From an uncultured delta proteobacterium (GTDB lineage Bacteria; Myxococcota_A; Polyangia; Polyangiales; Polyangiaceae): a stretch of DNA of 64,000 nucleotides. Both the position numbers and the translations under genes were made by a program. This document shows, piece by piece, positions 1 through 9,601 of the stretch; within the stretch, counting starts at the first letter, position 1; every line of letters starts with the position of its first letter. The stretch covers positions 119,761 through 183,760 of the forward strand of contig CAWKKR010000002.1 of the NCBI GenBank assembly GCA_963850305.1. Direction: 5' to 3'. The notes beneath the pieces were generated by a model. It did not search any database and was not told the origin of the DNA. It saw only the letters and a program-made list of their open reading frames with translations.

Positions 1-2
1 TA

Positions 3-200
3 TTCGATGGTCCGAACGCGAAGTCCCGTCCGCTCGAAACCACCCTCGATGTCGGAATCGACCTTTACCCGGTCAAAGCATTTGCGATCGGCTTATACTT
101 GGGGACGGATAGATTTCTCACGGACCCGTTGAAGGTCGATCCCCACGTTGAAGCGTCGGAGGACGTCTCCCTGGGGCTCCGCGTCGCAGCGCGGTTCTAA
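3..200 (+). CDS. 3' end of a probable outer-membrane beta-barrel protein (partial, runs off the window)
   Basis: Manual translation of frame 3: FDGPNAKSRPLETTLDVGIDLYPVKAFAIGLYLG...SLGLRVAARF*. It has alternating hydrophobic strands and a terminal Phe; TAA at 198-200. Confidence 0.55.
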   Translation, partial: FDGPNAKSRPLETTLDVGIDLYPVKAFAIGLYLGTDRFLTDPLKVDPHVEASEDVSLGLRVAARF

Positions 201-242
201 ACTGCCGTCGTCATGGTGCGCCGCCGGCGCCCGAGCGCGAGA

Positions 243-920
243 TCACCACACGAACGGGACGAGCCGGCGCCTCACGCGGCGTCGATACTCCGCATAGCCG
301 GGCAGGCTCGCCGCGAGCAGCCTCTCTTCCGCGATCAGGCGCCTCACGATCGCGGCGGTCAGCGGCACGACGGCGAGGAGCGCCCACCACGAACCGAGTG
401 CGAGCGGCGTCGCGGCGACCAGCACGAGCCCGCCGGCGTACATCGGGTGACGGATCACCGCATACGGCCCGGTCGTGACCACCGCCTGCTCGCGCTCGAC
501 CGCGATCACGGCCGACGTGAACGAGTTCGCGCGGAACACCCGGAACACGATCCACAGCGCGAGCGCGACGAGCGCGTCGCCGGCGACCGCGACGCCCGGC
601 GGTACGCGCGACCAGCCGTGCCGGCGATCGAGCCCCGAGATCACGAACAGCGCGACGAACGCCAGCGAGGCGATCGCCTGGATCACCTGCTGCCCGCGCT
701 CCGGCTCCGCGAGCGGACCTGCCTTCACGCGGCGCGCGAGCAGCGCGGGATCGCGGCGGGCCAGATCGATCGTGATCGCGAGCACCGCGCTGGCGAACAC
801 CGCGAGGAACGCCCACGCCTGCCAGTACGCGAGCGTCCAGGCCGGGACGAACAGCGCCGTCGCGAGCACGGCGAGCAGGAACGCGAGCCCCGCCGCCGCC
901 TGCCGGGTCACCTCGGTCAC
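243..920 (-). CDS. Isoprenylcysteine carboxylmethyltransferase (ICMT/PEMT) family membrane protein
   Basis: Multiple TM helices; VVTTGPYAVIRHPMY and EERLL...PGYAEYRRRVRRRLVPFVW motifs. Confidence 0.9.
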   Translation of the reverse strand: MTEVTRQAAAGLAFLLAVLATALFVPAWTLAYWQAWAFLAVFASAVLAITIDLARRDPALLARRVKAGPLAEPERGQQVIQAIASLAFVALFVISGLDRRHGWSRVPPGVAVAGDALVALALWIVFRVFRANSFTSAVIAVEREQAVVTTGPYAVIRHPMYAGGLVLVAATPLALGSWWALLAVVPLTAAIVRRLIAEERLLAASLPGYAEYRRRVRRRLVPFVW

Positions 921-1153
921 CTCGCAAGAGTGCCAGCGCGCCGGAGGTCAGGCGATCCAAACGTGCCCCGCCGTGTCATCCCGCCGCTCCCCCGCCGTCC
1001 CAGCGACGGATCCGAGCCGTCGGGGCCGGAGAATTTCGCGTAAAGTGAGATTGACGGCAGGGGCGGCGCGGGGTTGGTGCGTCTCGGGCGCAGCGCCCTC
1101 GCGCTCGGCGCCTCCGTCCCTCCGGTGTCGAACTCGCGAGCGGGACCACGGCG

Positions 1154-1939
1154 CTAGAGCGTGCCGCGTAGGCCTAGGCTCCATTCTCCGCCGGGGCCCG
1201 AGTCGTTGTCGCTCAGGGAGCCGCCGATCCGGAACTGTAGGCGTGACGTGAGCGGCAGATATGCGGCGAGGTCGCCGCGCAATGCGGAGTCGTCGAAGAG
1301 GGAGGCTCCTGCGCGGAAAGCTCCGAGGCGTGCCTCCAGATCGATGGGCCCGGCAGCGACGTCCGCGCCGCAATAAAATCCGGGATGGCGGAGCGTCGTC
1401 ACGAACGGGCTTCCGATGCCGAGGACCCCGCGCGCGACCCCGGCCGGGCCGATCCGGAGCTCCCCCGACGGCAGAAAGAGTGCGCTCGGTGATTGATCCG
1501 TCGCGTTCGCCCAGCCCTGGTACAGATTGCCGCCGAGCTCGAGGCCGAAGTAACGGAACTGATATCCGAGTCGCACCTGTCCGCCGAACATGAGTCGCGG
1601 CGGGAGCGCAGGCTGCGTGCACGTGCACGGCTCTCCCAACGCGGACTCGGGGCACGAGCAGCTCTGCCCGATCTTGACGGTCTCTTCCTCGACGGCCCCG
1701 GCGAGATCCGCGGTGACGCCGGTGCCCCCGAGGCGCGCGGTGTTCTCGGCGAATCGCGCGTGCACGGCGCCGCCCACGTAATTGACCCGCGCTCGTGGCC
1801 CGCACGTCCATACCCCGGCGCCGGTGCCGCCGTAGCTCGCCCCCTCGACGTCTGTTTCCCCCGACGCGCGCACGCGGGACGGCGCGGTCATCGCGATGCC
1901 GAGAACCCCGGCGAGCAAGAGCCATCTTCGATTCGTCAT
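1154..1939 (-). CDS. Hypothetical secreted / outer-membrane beta-barrel-like protein
   Basis: Start moved to MTNRRWLLLAGVLGIAM (signal peptide). Amphipathic beta-strands, a Cys-rich loop, and the C-terminus WSLGLRGTL. Confidence 0.6.
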   Translation of the reverse strand: MTNRRWLLLAGVLGIAMTAPSRVRASGETDVEGASYGGTGAGVWTCGPRARVNYVGGAVHARFAENTARLGGTGVTADLAGAVEEETVKIGQSCSCPESALGEPCTCTQPALPPRLMFGGQVRLGYQFRYFGLELGGNLYQGWANATDQSPSALFLPSGELRIGPAGVARGVLGIGSPFVTTLRHPGFYCGADVAAGPIDLEARLGAFRAGASLFDDSALRGDLAAYLPLTSRLQFRIGGSLSDNDSGPGGEWSLGLRGTL

Positions 1940-2181
1940 CGTCGATGACGCGCAGCAACGCGCATGCCCGAGCCTTATGCCGGAAACGGCGGTCGACCCG
2001 CCATCGAAATTCCCTCGGGCGCGGCGCCACTTGCCCACCCTCGCTGCGCTCGGTAGTTCCGCCGGGCGTGTTGGCGAAGGGCGGACGGCCCCGTGCTCCG
2101 CGAGAACTCGAAGCGAGTGGCAGCGCGTCCAGCGGCCCTTCAGAGCCTCTGCTCGATCTGTGACGACGCGGCTCGGAGGGT

Positions 2182-3126
2182 TCAGTTCACGGTCGGGCGG
2201 AGCGGTCCGGTGCGGTCCGTACTGCGAGCCGCGGCCGCCAGCGCGCTCGCGAACGCGAGGATGTTCTCGTAACGGTCCTCCGGGAGCAACGACGTTGCCT
2301 TTCGAAGGACCGTGTCCACGGCGCCCGGCACCTGGGGCGCCACGTCGGACACGGGTTGGAGGGCAGCCCTGGATAGCGCCCCAATCGTCCGAGGCGTATC
2401 CCGCCCGAACGCCTTCTGCCCGGCGAGCAACTCGTACACCACCGCGGCAAGAGAGAACTGGTCCGCGCGATGGTCGAGGGCGTGGCCGGCGAGCGCTTGC
2501 TCGGGGGCCATGTAGCTCGGCGTGCCGACCGGCACTCGAGGCTCGGCGCCGGCCGCCCGCGTGTCGACGCTGATGCCGAAGTCGAGGAGCTTCACCACCT
2601 CGGAGCCGCGGCACCGTGCCAGGAAGATGTTCGCTGGCTTCAGGTCACAGTGCACCAGGCCCCGTGCGTGCACCTCCGACAGCGCGGACGCGACCTGAGA
2701 GATGATGGCGACGACCTTCGAGAGCGGCAGTCGACCAGTCCGGCCAAGGCGCTGCGCGCCAGTCTCGCCCTCGAGGTACTCGAGCACGAGAAACGGCCCG
2801 GCTTCGTCCTCGTCGAAATCCAGCACTCGCACGACGTTCGGATGGTCCACCTTCGCGAGAGCTCTCGCTTCTCCGCGAAAGAGCTCGAGCAGCGTCGGCT
2901 CCGCTTCGCACTGGGAACGGGGCACCTTCACGGCGACTCGGCGGTCGAGCCGCCGATGAACTGCCCGGTAGACGGCGCCCATTCCGCCTTCTGCAATCAA
3001 CCGTTCGATCCGGTAGGTGCGGCACAGCGTCCGGCCCGCATCGCCGTCCGAGGTCGCGGGCTCCGAGCGTCCCCCCGAGGGTGGCGCCCAAGGTGGGTCG
3101 GAAGGGCTGACTTGAGTCGTGTCCAT
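2182..3126 (-). CDS. Serine/threonine protein kinase (Hanks type, kinase domain only)
   Basis: EGGMGAVY, VAVK, HCDLKPAN, DFG and GTPSYMAPEQ motifs. Confidence 0.93.
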   Translation of the reverse strand: MDTTQVSPSDPPWAPPSGGRSEPATSDGDAGRTLCRTYRIERLIAEGGMGAVYRAVHRRLDRRVAVKVPRSQCEAEPTLLELFRGEARALAKVDHPNVVRVLDFDEDEAGPFLVLEYLEGETGAQRLGRTGRLPLSKVVAIISQVASALSEVHARGLVHCDLKPANIFLARCRGSEVVKLLDFGISVDTRAAGAEPRVPVGTPSYMAPEQALAGHALDHRADQFSLAAVVYELLAGQKAFGRDTPRTIGALSRAALQPVSDVAPQVPGAVDTVLRKATSLLPEDRYENILAFASALAAAARSTDRTGPLRPTVN

Positions 3127-3495
3127 CTCGGGCTTGCGAGCTCAATCGCAATGTTCGTGCCGACCGCCCGATCGAAGGCAAGCGGCTGGATTCGGACTGC
3201 TCTGCGCGCGTCGAGCGCCTCCGTGCGCTTCGCGCCCGATCGACGCAGGGCTTGCACGGGGGCGCGTCCCGTGCATTCGCCGGACGTCCGCCCGAGCGCT
3301 CTACGCCTGCGCCGGTTTCACCTTTTCGCCGCGAGCGTTCGGACTGGGACTCGCGGCGCGTGGAATGGATCGCTTCCTGCAGCGTCGGGGTTTCGAACAC
3401 GATGAAACGCGTGCAGTCTCGCCCCTGGCGCGTCCCGCCTCCAGGGCCATGGGCGTGCCCGCCACGTTTCCGTCCGGGTTCTGAACGGCGGATGC

Positions 3496-4687
3496 ATGCC
3501 ACGGAACGAGGAAGCACGGGAGCAGGCGGCGTCGCTCATGCTGAGCTTTGCCGAGCGAACGGGGCTCACGTCGGACCGCCCGAAGCAACGCTACCTCTGG
3601 ACGGACGCGTTCGCCGTCTGCACGTTCCTCGGTCTCGCACGCACGACTGGAGAGCGGCGCTTCGCCGAGCTGGCGCTCGATTCTGGTCGACCAGGTGCAT
3701 CGCGTTCTCGGACGCCACAGGGAGGATGATCACCGAGCGGGGTGGTTGAGCGGGCTCGGGGACCAGGAAGGCGAAGCTCACCCCACCCGTGGTGGGCTCC
3801 GCATTGGTAAGAAGCTACAGGAGCGACGACCAGGAGAGCCTTTCGACGAGTCGCTCGAGTGGGATCGCGACGGCCAGTACTTTCACTATCTGACGAAATG
3901 GATGCATGCGCTCGACGTCGTCTCGAGGTCGACGGGCAATCCGCGCTTCGGTGGCTGGGCGACGGAGCTTGCCCAAGTGGCCCACGCGGCCTTCGTGTAC
4001 GAGCCCAGAGGGAGCGCGGGACGTCGTCGGATGTTTTGGAAGATGAGCATCGACCTGTCTCGCTCGCTCGTCCCTTCCATGGGACAGCACGATCCGCTGG
4101 ATGGGCTCGTCACCTTCACGCAGCTCGACACGTCGCATGACGGTCATCGAGCGCCGATGCTCGGCTCGGCCATCGCGGATTTTGCGGCCATGGTCGAGCG
4201 CACCAATCTGCGAACGGCTGACCCGCTCGGCCTCGGCGGCCTCCTGTCGGACGCCGGCCGCGTCGCGACGCTCATGGGCTCCGGGGCGTTCCCCGGCTCG
4301 CGCGTCCTTACGACCTTGCTCAGGGCAGCCGAGGAAGGGCTCTCTTACTACTCGTCACGCGACGAGCTCCGGCAGCCTGCTTCGAGGCGTCTGGCCTTCC
4401 GGGAGCTTGGGCTCGCGATCGGCCTTTCGGCGATCGCGCTCATCGACGAGCAAGCGAGGAAGGGGCAAGAGAGCATCGCCGAGCGGGAGCAAGTGTTCGC
4501 TCTTCTGACGGCCCTCTCGTCGCATGGCACGCTCGGCACCGCGATTGAATCGTTCTGGTTGGGCTCCGAGAACCGGCGTGCGAGAACGTGGTCGGACCAT
4601 CGCGACATCAACGACGTGATGCTCGCGACCTGTCTTGCGCCCGAGGGTTATCTCGTATTGCCGGAGTGGCCCCGCCGTCGCCCCTGA
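3496..4687 (+). pseudogene. Conserved hypothetical protein (RYLWTDAF...DGQYFHYLTKWM family) split by a one-base frameshift near 3680; possibly an assembly error
   Basis: ORF 3496 gives ...QRYLWTDAFAVCTFLGL...ELALD; ORF 3548 continues LVDQVHRVLGRHR.... Removing one T from CTCGATTCTGGTC joins them. Confidence 0.7.
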
Positions 4688-4699
4688 AAGGGGATGCGT

Positions 4700-4940
4700 C
4701 GAGACTCGAACGGCAGCCAGTACACCGCGACCCGCGGTGGCCGCCCCCGCGGCGCGCTGCTGCGACGCCGAGATCCCGCGCTCGACGGCAGCGCGCTGGA
4801 GCCGCCGCGGCCTCGGGGAAAACGTCTCGCTCGGCCCGGATGACGGTGGTCTCGCGCTGCGGGACGGCGTCGCCAAGCTGGAGCAGCGGGTGGCGATGTT
4901 GACGGCGGTTCGACTCGTCCTTGTGCTGAATGCGGTGTGA
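4700..4940 (+). mobile_element. Degenerate N-terminal fragment of a DDE transposase/integrase
   Basis: EIPRSTAARWSRRG (HTH-like) followed by coiled-coil LRDGVAKLEQRVAMLTAVRLVLVL. From memory this resembles myxobacterial transposase N-termini. It is truncated and has no catalytic domain. Confidence 0.4.
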
Positions 4941-4954
4941 GCACCTCTGTAGCC

Positions 4955-5131
4955 CTACATGACGGTTCGGCGCGACCTCTTCGAGGTCGTTCCGCTGCGC
5001 GCGGCGCTGAGCCAGCGCAACGCTTGCTCCTTGTCCAACGGCTTCGTTGTTCCGTCTGATTCTCTGATCGCCCAAACGGCCGTCAAGGTTCGAACAATCA
5101 CGAACAACCCGATCCAAAAGAGAGCTTGCAT
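4955..5131 (-). CDS. Putative small single-TM protein (58 aa)
   Basis: MQALFWIGLFVIVRTLTAVWAI then a charged tail; purine-rich upstream sequence GAAGAAGAAACGAAGAACGACG-ATG. Confidence 0.35.
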   Translation of the reverse strand: MQALFWIGLFVIVRTLTAVWAIRESDGTTKPLDKEQALRWLSAARSGTTSKRSRRTVM

Positions 5132-5465
5132 CGTCGTTCTTCGTTTCTTCTTCGGGTGCCGAGTGTGCTGACCGAGCCGACGCATTGCGGCTGGCCGTCA
5201 CGCGAAAGAAAGATGGCTCACCCGTGGTCCCGACGTTGTCAAATCCGCGGCGCTGCACCTCACGAAGACATAACGAACGCGAGCCGTGAGGGATCCGCCC
5301 GACTCCTTCACCAAATCTTGACGGATCGGCCATGCCTCTTGATGTCGCGCTGACATGCCCGTGGGTACCTTTGAAGCGCTCCGGCACACCGCCTGGCAGC
5401 CCTCGTGAAACGGGGAGCGCTCGCGGTCTCGAGCACGTCTCGCGCGGACATCGAAGGACCAAGAT

Positions 5466-6629
5466 ATGGTGGACGACCAGGGAGCGAGGGCGAAAGGCGG
5501 CACCGGTTTGCCCGCCAGCGCTCCGACCGGCGGAACCCCGTCGCCCGAGGGGCCACCTCCGGCGAGAGGCGCGCGGTGGGGCGAGCCGCTCATGGCCGCC
5601 GACCGTGTCTGGACCGGATTCGAGACGTGGCTCGCCTTCGTCGCGTTCTCCCTCGAGGTTCTCTCGATGTCTCTCTGGGTTGCGCTGAAGGCGTTTTCGG
5701 CTTCGTCGGACCGCTCCGCGGGCGTCGTGTTTCGCGCGATCTTCGGTGCCCTGGTGTTCGGAGTGATCGCGCACCTGGGCCTTGGGAAGCAAAAGCCAGC
5801 GGTGCGCCGCAGCGCCACCGTCGCGGCAGTTCTGCTGGGAATCGTCACTGCGAAAGCGTGGGCGAAATTCGGCGTCGACTACTCGTCGAATGTGCTCAAT
5901 TGGTACCAGCAGGCGTCGTTTCTAACGCTTCTCGGGGGGCTCCGTGGGGTTGGAACCCGGCTCACGATGCTGCTCGCTCTCCTGGGTGCGTCGCTGGCGA
6001 CCGGGCGCGGCAAGCACATCGTGATCGACATCGTCACACGGTTCGTGAGTTATCGCTCGCGCAAGCTCATGGCGCTCGTCTGCTGGGCTGCATCGGCTGT
6101 TGTCTGCCTCACTGCAGCCTGGGGGTTTTTCGACCACATATCGATCGAAAACTTCGGCGCTCGTGCGGACGAAAGCGCACCTGCGAAGGTGGAGCAGGTC
6201 GTCGGGCAGTTAGGGGAAGACTTCTTCATCGCGCGGAAGCAACTAGCGCTGGATTTCAAATCGGTTCCGCACGTTCTCCTCAAGGGCGAGGTCTACTCGG
6301 ATTGGCTCACGGGCAAGGAGTGGAATGCGTGGGTCGAGTCCGCCGGTTTCGCCGAGCGCTACGGGGAACGAGCCACCGAGGCGCTGAAGATCCCCGAGGA
6401 CGAGACTCGATCGCCGCTCGTCGTCGTTCCGGGACGCGGCGAGCCTCGCGGCGAGCTCATCAACGCCGCCTATCTCGTGTTTCCCATCGGCCTGTTCGTG
6501 ATCGCGATGCGATTCATCCTCCGTGGTCTCCTGGCCCTCAGCGGGCACGTCAGCGTCGACCCGGACGAGTCCGAGTGGGGCGACCCCGTGGGGTCGGATG
6601 AGGAGCAGCAAGATGCGCCATCCAGCTGA
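5466..6629 (+). CDS. dctQ: TRAP transporter small permease (DctQ-like), enlarged
   Basis: LLGASLATGRGKHIVID motif; TM helices; directly upstream of a DctM. Confidence 0.8.
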   Translation: MVDDQGARAKGGTGLPASAPTGGTPSPEGPPPARGARWGEPLMAADRVWTGFETWLAFVAFSLEVLSMSLWVALKAFSASSDRSAGVVFRAIFGALVFGVIAHLGLGKQKPAVRRSATVAAVLLGIVTAKAWAKFGVDYSSNVLNWYQQASFLTLLGGLRGVGTRLTMLLALLGASLATGRGKHIVIDIVTRFVSYRSRKLMALVCWAASAVVCLTAAWGFFDHISIENFGARADESAPAKVEQVVGQLGEDFFIARKQLALDFKSVPHVLLKGEVYSDWLTGKEWNAWVESAGFAERYGERATEALKIPEDETRSPLVVVPGRGEPRGELINAAYLVFPIGLFVIAMRFILRGLLALSGHVSVDPDESEWGDPVGSDEEQQDAPSS

Positions 6630-6681
6630 GCGATTGCTCGATGACGCCGGAGTGACGCGCGTCGCGCGGGAAGGGTAAACG

Positions 6682-8271
6682 ATGCTGCTCGTGCTCGTCG
6701 TGCTGGTATTCGCACTTCTCGGCGCGCCCGTATTCGCGATCATGGCGGGCGCCACCCTCCTCGCGTGGCTCACGCACCACACGGCGGAGTTGCACTTCAC
6801 TCGATTCATCGCCCCGGACGTGCTGGACGAGCGATTTGCCGGATCGCCGATCCTCGTCACCGTACCGCTCTTCACCTTCGTCGGCTACGTCATGGCCCAC
6901 TCGAAGGCCCCCGAACGCATCGTCCGAGCGGCGAACGCGTTCTTCGGGTGGCTGCCGGGAGGACTCGCCATCGTGTGCATCGTCGCGAGCGCGTTCTTCT
7001 GTACGCTGACCGGCGGGAGCGCCGTGACGATCGTGGCCGTCGGAGGGTTGCTCTACCCGGCTCTAGTCAAGAACGGTTACCCCAAAGACTACTCGCTCGG
7101 CGTAGTGATGACGGGAGGGTCGCTGGGCCTTCTGTTGCCCCCGTCTTTGCCCATTCTCATCTACTCCCTGGTGGCGGGTATCGACTTCACCAAGGCGTTC
7201 AGGGCCGGGGTCCTCGCCGGAACGATGATGATCGGACTCTTCGCGATTCACGCGATGTACATGGGGCTGAAGCACGACATCCCGCGTACGAAGCCGAATC
7301 TCCGGGAGATGGCCCTGGCCTTCTGGGGAGTGAAGTGGGAGCTCTGCGTTCCCGCGCTCGTGCTCGGAAGTCTGGGGCTCGGCCTTGCAAGCATCGACGA
7401 GGCCGCGGCGCTCGCGACGATCTTCGTCGTGTGCGTGGAGCTCCTCGTCTATCGAGATCTGAAGCCCAAGGACATGCCCCGCCTCGCGGGAAACTCGTTC
7501 GCGCTGGCCGGCGCGCTCTTGCTGATCATGGCCATGGCCGTGGCGCTCACGAACTATCTGATCACGGAGGAAGCCCCCGCACACTTATTTGCGTGGATCA
7601 CGAGTCTGGGGGTCACGAAGCGATGGCACTTTTTGGTGGCACGGAACTTCTTGATGTACGGGATCGGCGCCGTGATGGAGGGCTTCAGCGCGATCCTGGT
7701 CGCGGTACCCCTTCTCTTGCCATTCGGTGCGAAGTTCCTCTTCTCGCCCTTTCACCTGATGATGATGTTCCTCGTCGATCTGGAGATCGCCTTCCTGAGT
7801 CCTCCGTTCGGGCAGAATCTGTTCGTCACGAGCTTTCGATTCAGAAAGCCCATGACGTCGCTGTACAAGATCGCGCTGCCCTTCCTGGGAATCATGTTCT
7901 TCGGACTCACCATCATCATGCTCGTGCCCAAGCTGTCGACCGTGGCCATCGAAGGCGACATTGCAGAGGAGCGGGCCAAGGCAGCGCGTCTCGACGAACC
8001 TCCGCGCGATGCCTGGATGCTGGAGTGCGTCCAGGAAGATCGAAACAACCCGCTTCCCTGCACGGACGAAGATCGGAGAAAGTGGGGCAACGGCGGCCCT
8101 GCTCTCGATGCGCTCCAGGGGAGTGCCGTCAGCAAGGATCAACCGGACCAGGTCGAAACCGACGAAAAGCTCCTGGAAGAGCTCATGGACGACGCTGACA
8201 AGAAAGGAGCTCTCGAGAACCCCGCTCCTCCGAACGACCCTTCACGAAAAGCTCCGCGAGCGCCCTTGTAG
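6682..8271 (+). CDS. dctM: TRAP transporter large permease DctM
   Basis: LVTVPLFTFVG, GGSLGLLLPPSLP and LSPPFGQNLF motifs; about 12 TMs. Confidence 0.92.
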   Translation: MLLVLVVLVFALLGAPVFAIMAGATLLAWLTHHTAELHFTRFIAPDVLDERFAGSPILVTVPLFTFVGYVMAHSKAPERIVRAANAFFGWLPGGLAIVCIVASAFFCTLTGGSAVTIVAVGGLLYPALVKNGYPKDYSLGVVMTGGSLGLLLPPSLPILIYSLVAGIDFTKAFRAGVLAGTMMIGLFAIHAMYMGLKHDIPRTKPNLREMALAFWGVKWELCVPALVLGSLGLGLASIDEAAALATIFVVCVELLVYRDLKPKDMPRLAGNSFALAGALLLIMAMAVALTNYLITEEAPAHLFAWITSLGVTKRWHFLVARNFLMYGIGAVMEGFSAILVAVPLLLPFGAKFLFSPFHLMMMFLVDLEIAFLSPPFGQNLFVTSFRFRKPMTSLYKIALPFLGIMFFGLTIIMLVPKLSTVAIEGDIAEERAKAARLDEPPRDAWMLECVQEDRNNPLPCTDEDRRKWGNGGPALDALQGSAVSKDQPDQVETDEKLLEELMDDADKKGALENPAPPNDPSRKAPRAPL

Positions 8272-8279
8272 CGCGCTCG

Positions 8280-8400
8280 GTCTGAGCGGCGGGCGGGCTC
8301 GACGACCGGAGCGCCCCCATCGATCGGCACCTCCATGATCGCGCCGTCGGTGTAGACGCGGTAGGTGCCGTCGGAGAGCCCGCGCGCGCGGGACGACAGC
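8280..8400 (-). pseudogene. Orphan fragment of a beta-propeller-like repeat protein
   Basis: LSDGTYRVYTDGAIMEVPIDGGAPVV resembles the G-x-x-x-x-V-P-x-x-G-G repeat of myxobacterial secreted proteins; no plausible start or continuation. Confidence 0.3.
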
Positions 8401-8544
8401 GTCCGGTGGCTCCGTAGGGCTCGCAAGCGGAGGAACCTCGAGCCCGGATGGATCTACGAAGACCGCGCCGGACGACGCCGCGACATGTGGCGCCGCTCGC
8501 GCTTTGCGGCGGTTCGGCGCGAAATCGTGATAGGCTGAAATGTT

Positions 8545-9577
8545 GTGAAGTCTCCAGGTGCCGCGGCGGTCGGGCTCACCGTGGCGATCGGCGCGGTGGT
8601 TGGCTGTGCGTCGATCCTGGGCATCGAAGATCGGAAGCTCCGCGTCGAGGCCGCGGGCGGCGCGGGCGAACCCGGGAACCCCGACGGATCGACGGCCGGT
8701 GCGGGCGGGGTGATCGTCGGCGCGGGCGGGAGCTTTCCGGGTGGTTCCGGCGGCGCCTGCACGACGGACTGCTTTGGTGGCGGCGGGTCCTCTTGCGAGG
8801 CCGCATATCCAAGCGAACCCCAGGCCTGCACGAATTGCTTCTGCGAGAGGTGCGGCACCAGCGCCGCGTGTGCGAGCCCCGACGCCCACTGCGACACGCT
8901 CCTGCGCTGCTTCGCGGCGTCCAAGTGCAACCCGGCGAGTTGCTCGTCGGCATCCGCCTGCGGGCGTCGCGACGCGCGAGGGCGGGGAGCTATCGTCGGC
9001 GCTGAATTACCCGGTGCCGTCGCCGCTCGACGGACGCGCCGCCTACGCGACGTTCCCGGGTTATTCGATGTTCGCCGCGGAAATGCCCGGCACGTCGCCC
9101 CAGGTGGTCACGTTCTCGTTTCAGTCCGGTCAGACAACTCCACAGGTCATCTCACCGTCTGGCTCGAAACCTGGCGGACTCGCCGCGGGTCGTTCGCTCG
9201 CGACGATCGCAAATGGAGCCGGGTCCTTGGTGATCTTCAACGGGAATGCGAACGGTGCCACGGGCGGGCTCACGAGCTATTCCATTCCGGGCCTCGGCTT
9301 GCAGACGAGCGGCGGCGCCACGAATGCCCCGGCTGCTGCGAAGCCCATCGACGTCGTGGCGCTCGGCCCGAGCTTCGTCACCCTCTCGACGACTCCTGGA
9401 GGCGCGTGGGTTTCGAAGTTCAACGCCGCTCTGAACCCGTACGACAGCGCCGTTCAGATCCCCATCGACTCCTCGGGAACGGAACCTCTGGCGCTCGCGC
9501 TCGGAAAAGGGCGCCTGCTCGTATTCGGCATCGGACCCAGCAGCATCGACGTCGCGACAGTGAGCTGCGGTCCGTGA
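8545..9577 (+). pseudogene. Cys/Gly-rich lipoprotein, frameshifted near 8960
   Basis: Lipobox VVGC then ASILGIED; Cys-rich segment; protein-like sequence continues in another frame (GVATREGGELSSALNYP...ATVSCGP*). One extra G in TGCGGGCGTC would explain the shift. Confidence 0.6.
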
Positions 9578-9601
9578 GATCCATCGTCGTACCGATCCGC
9601 C

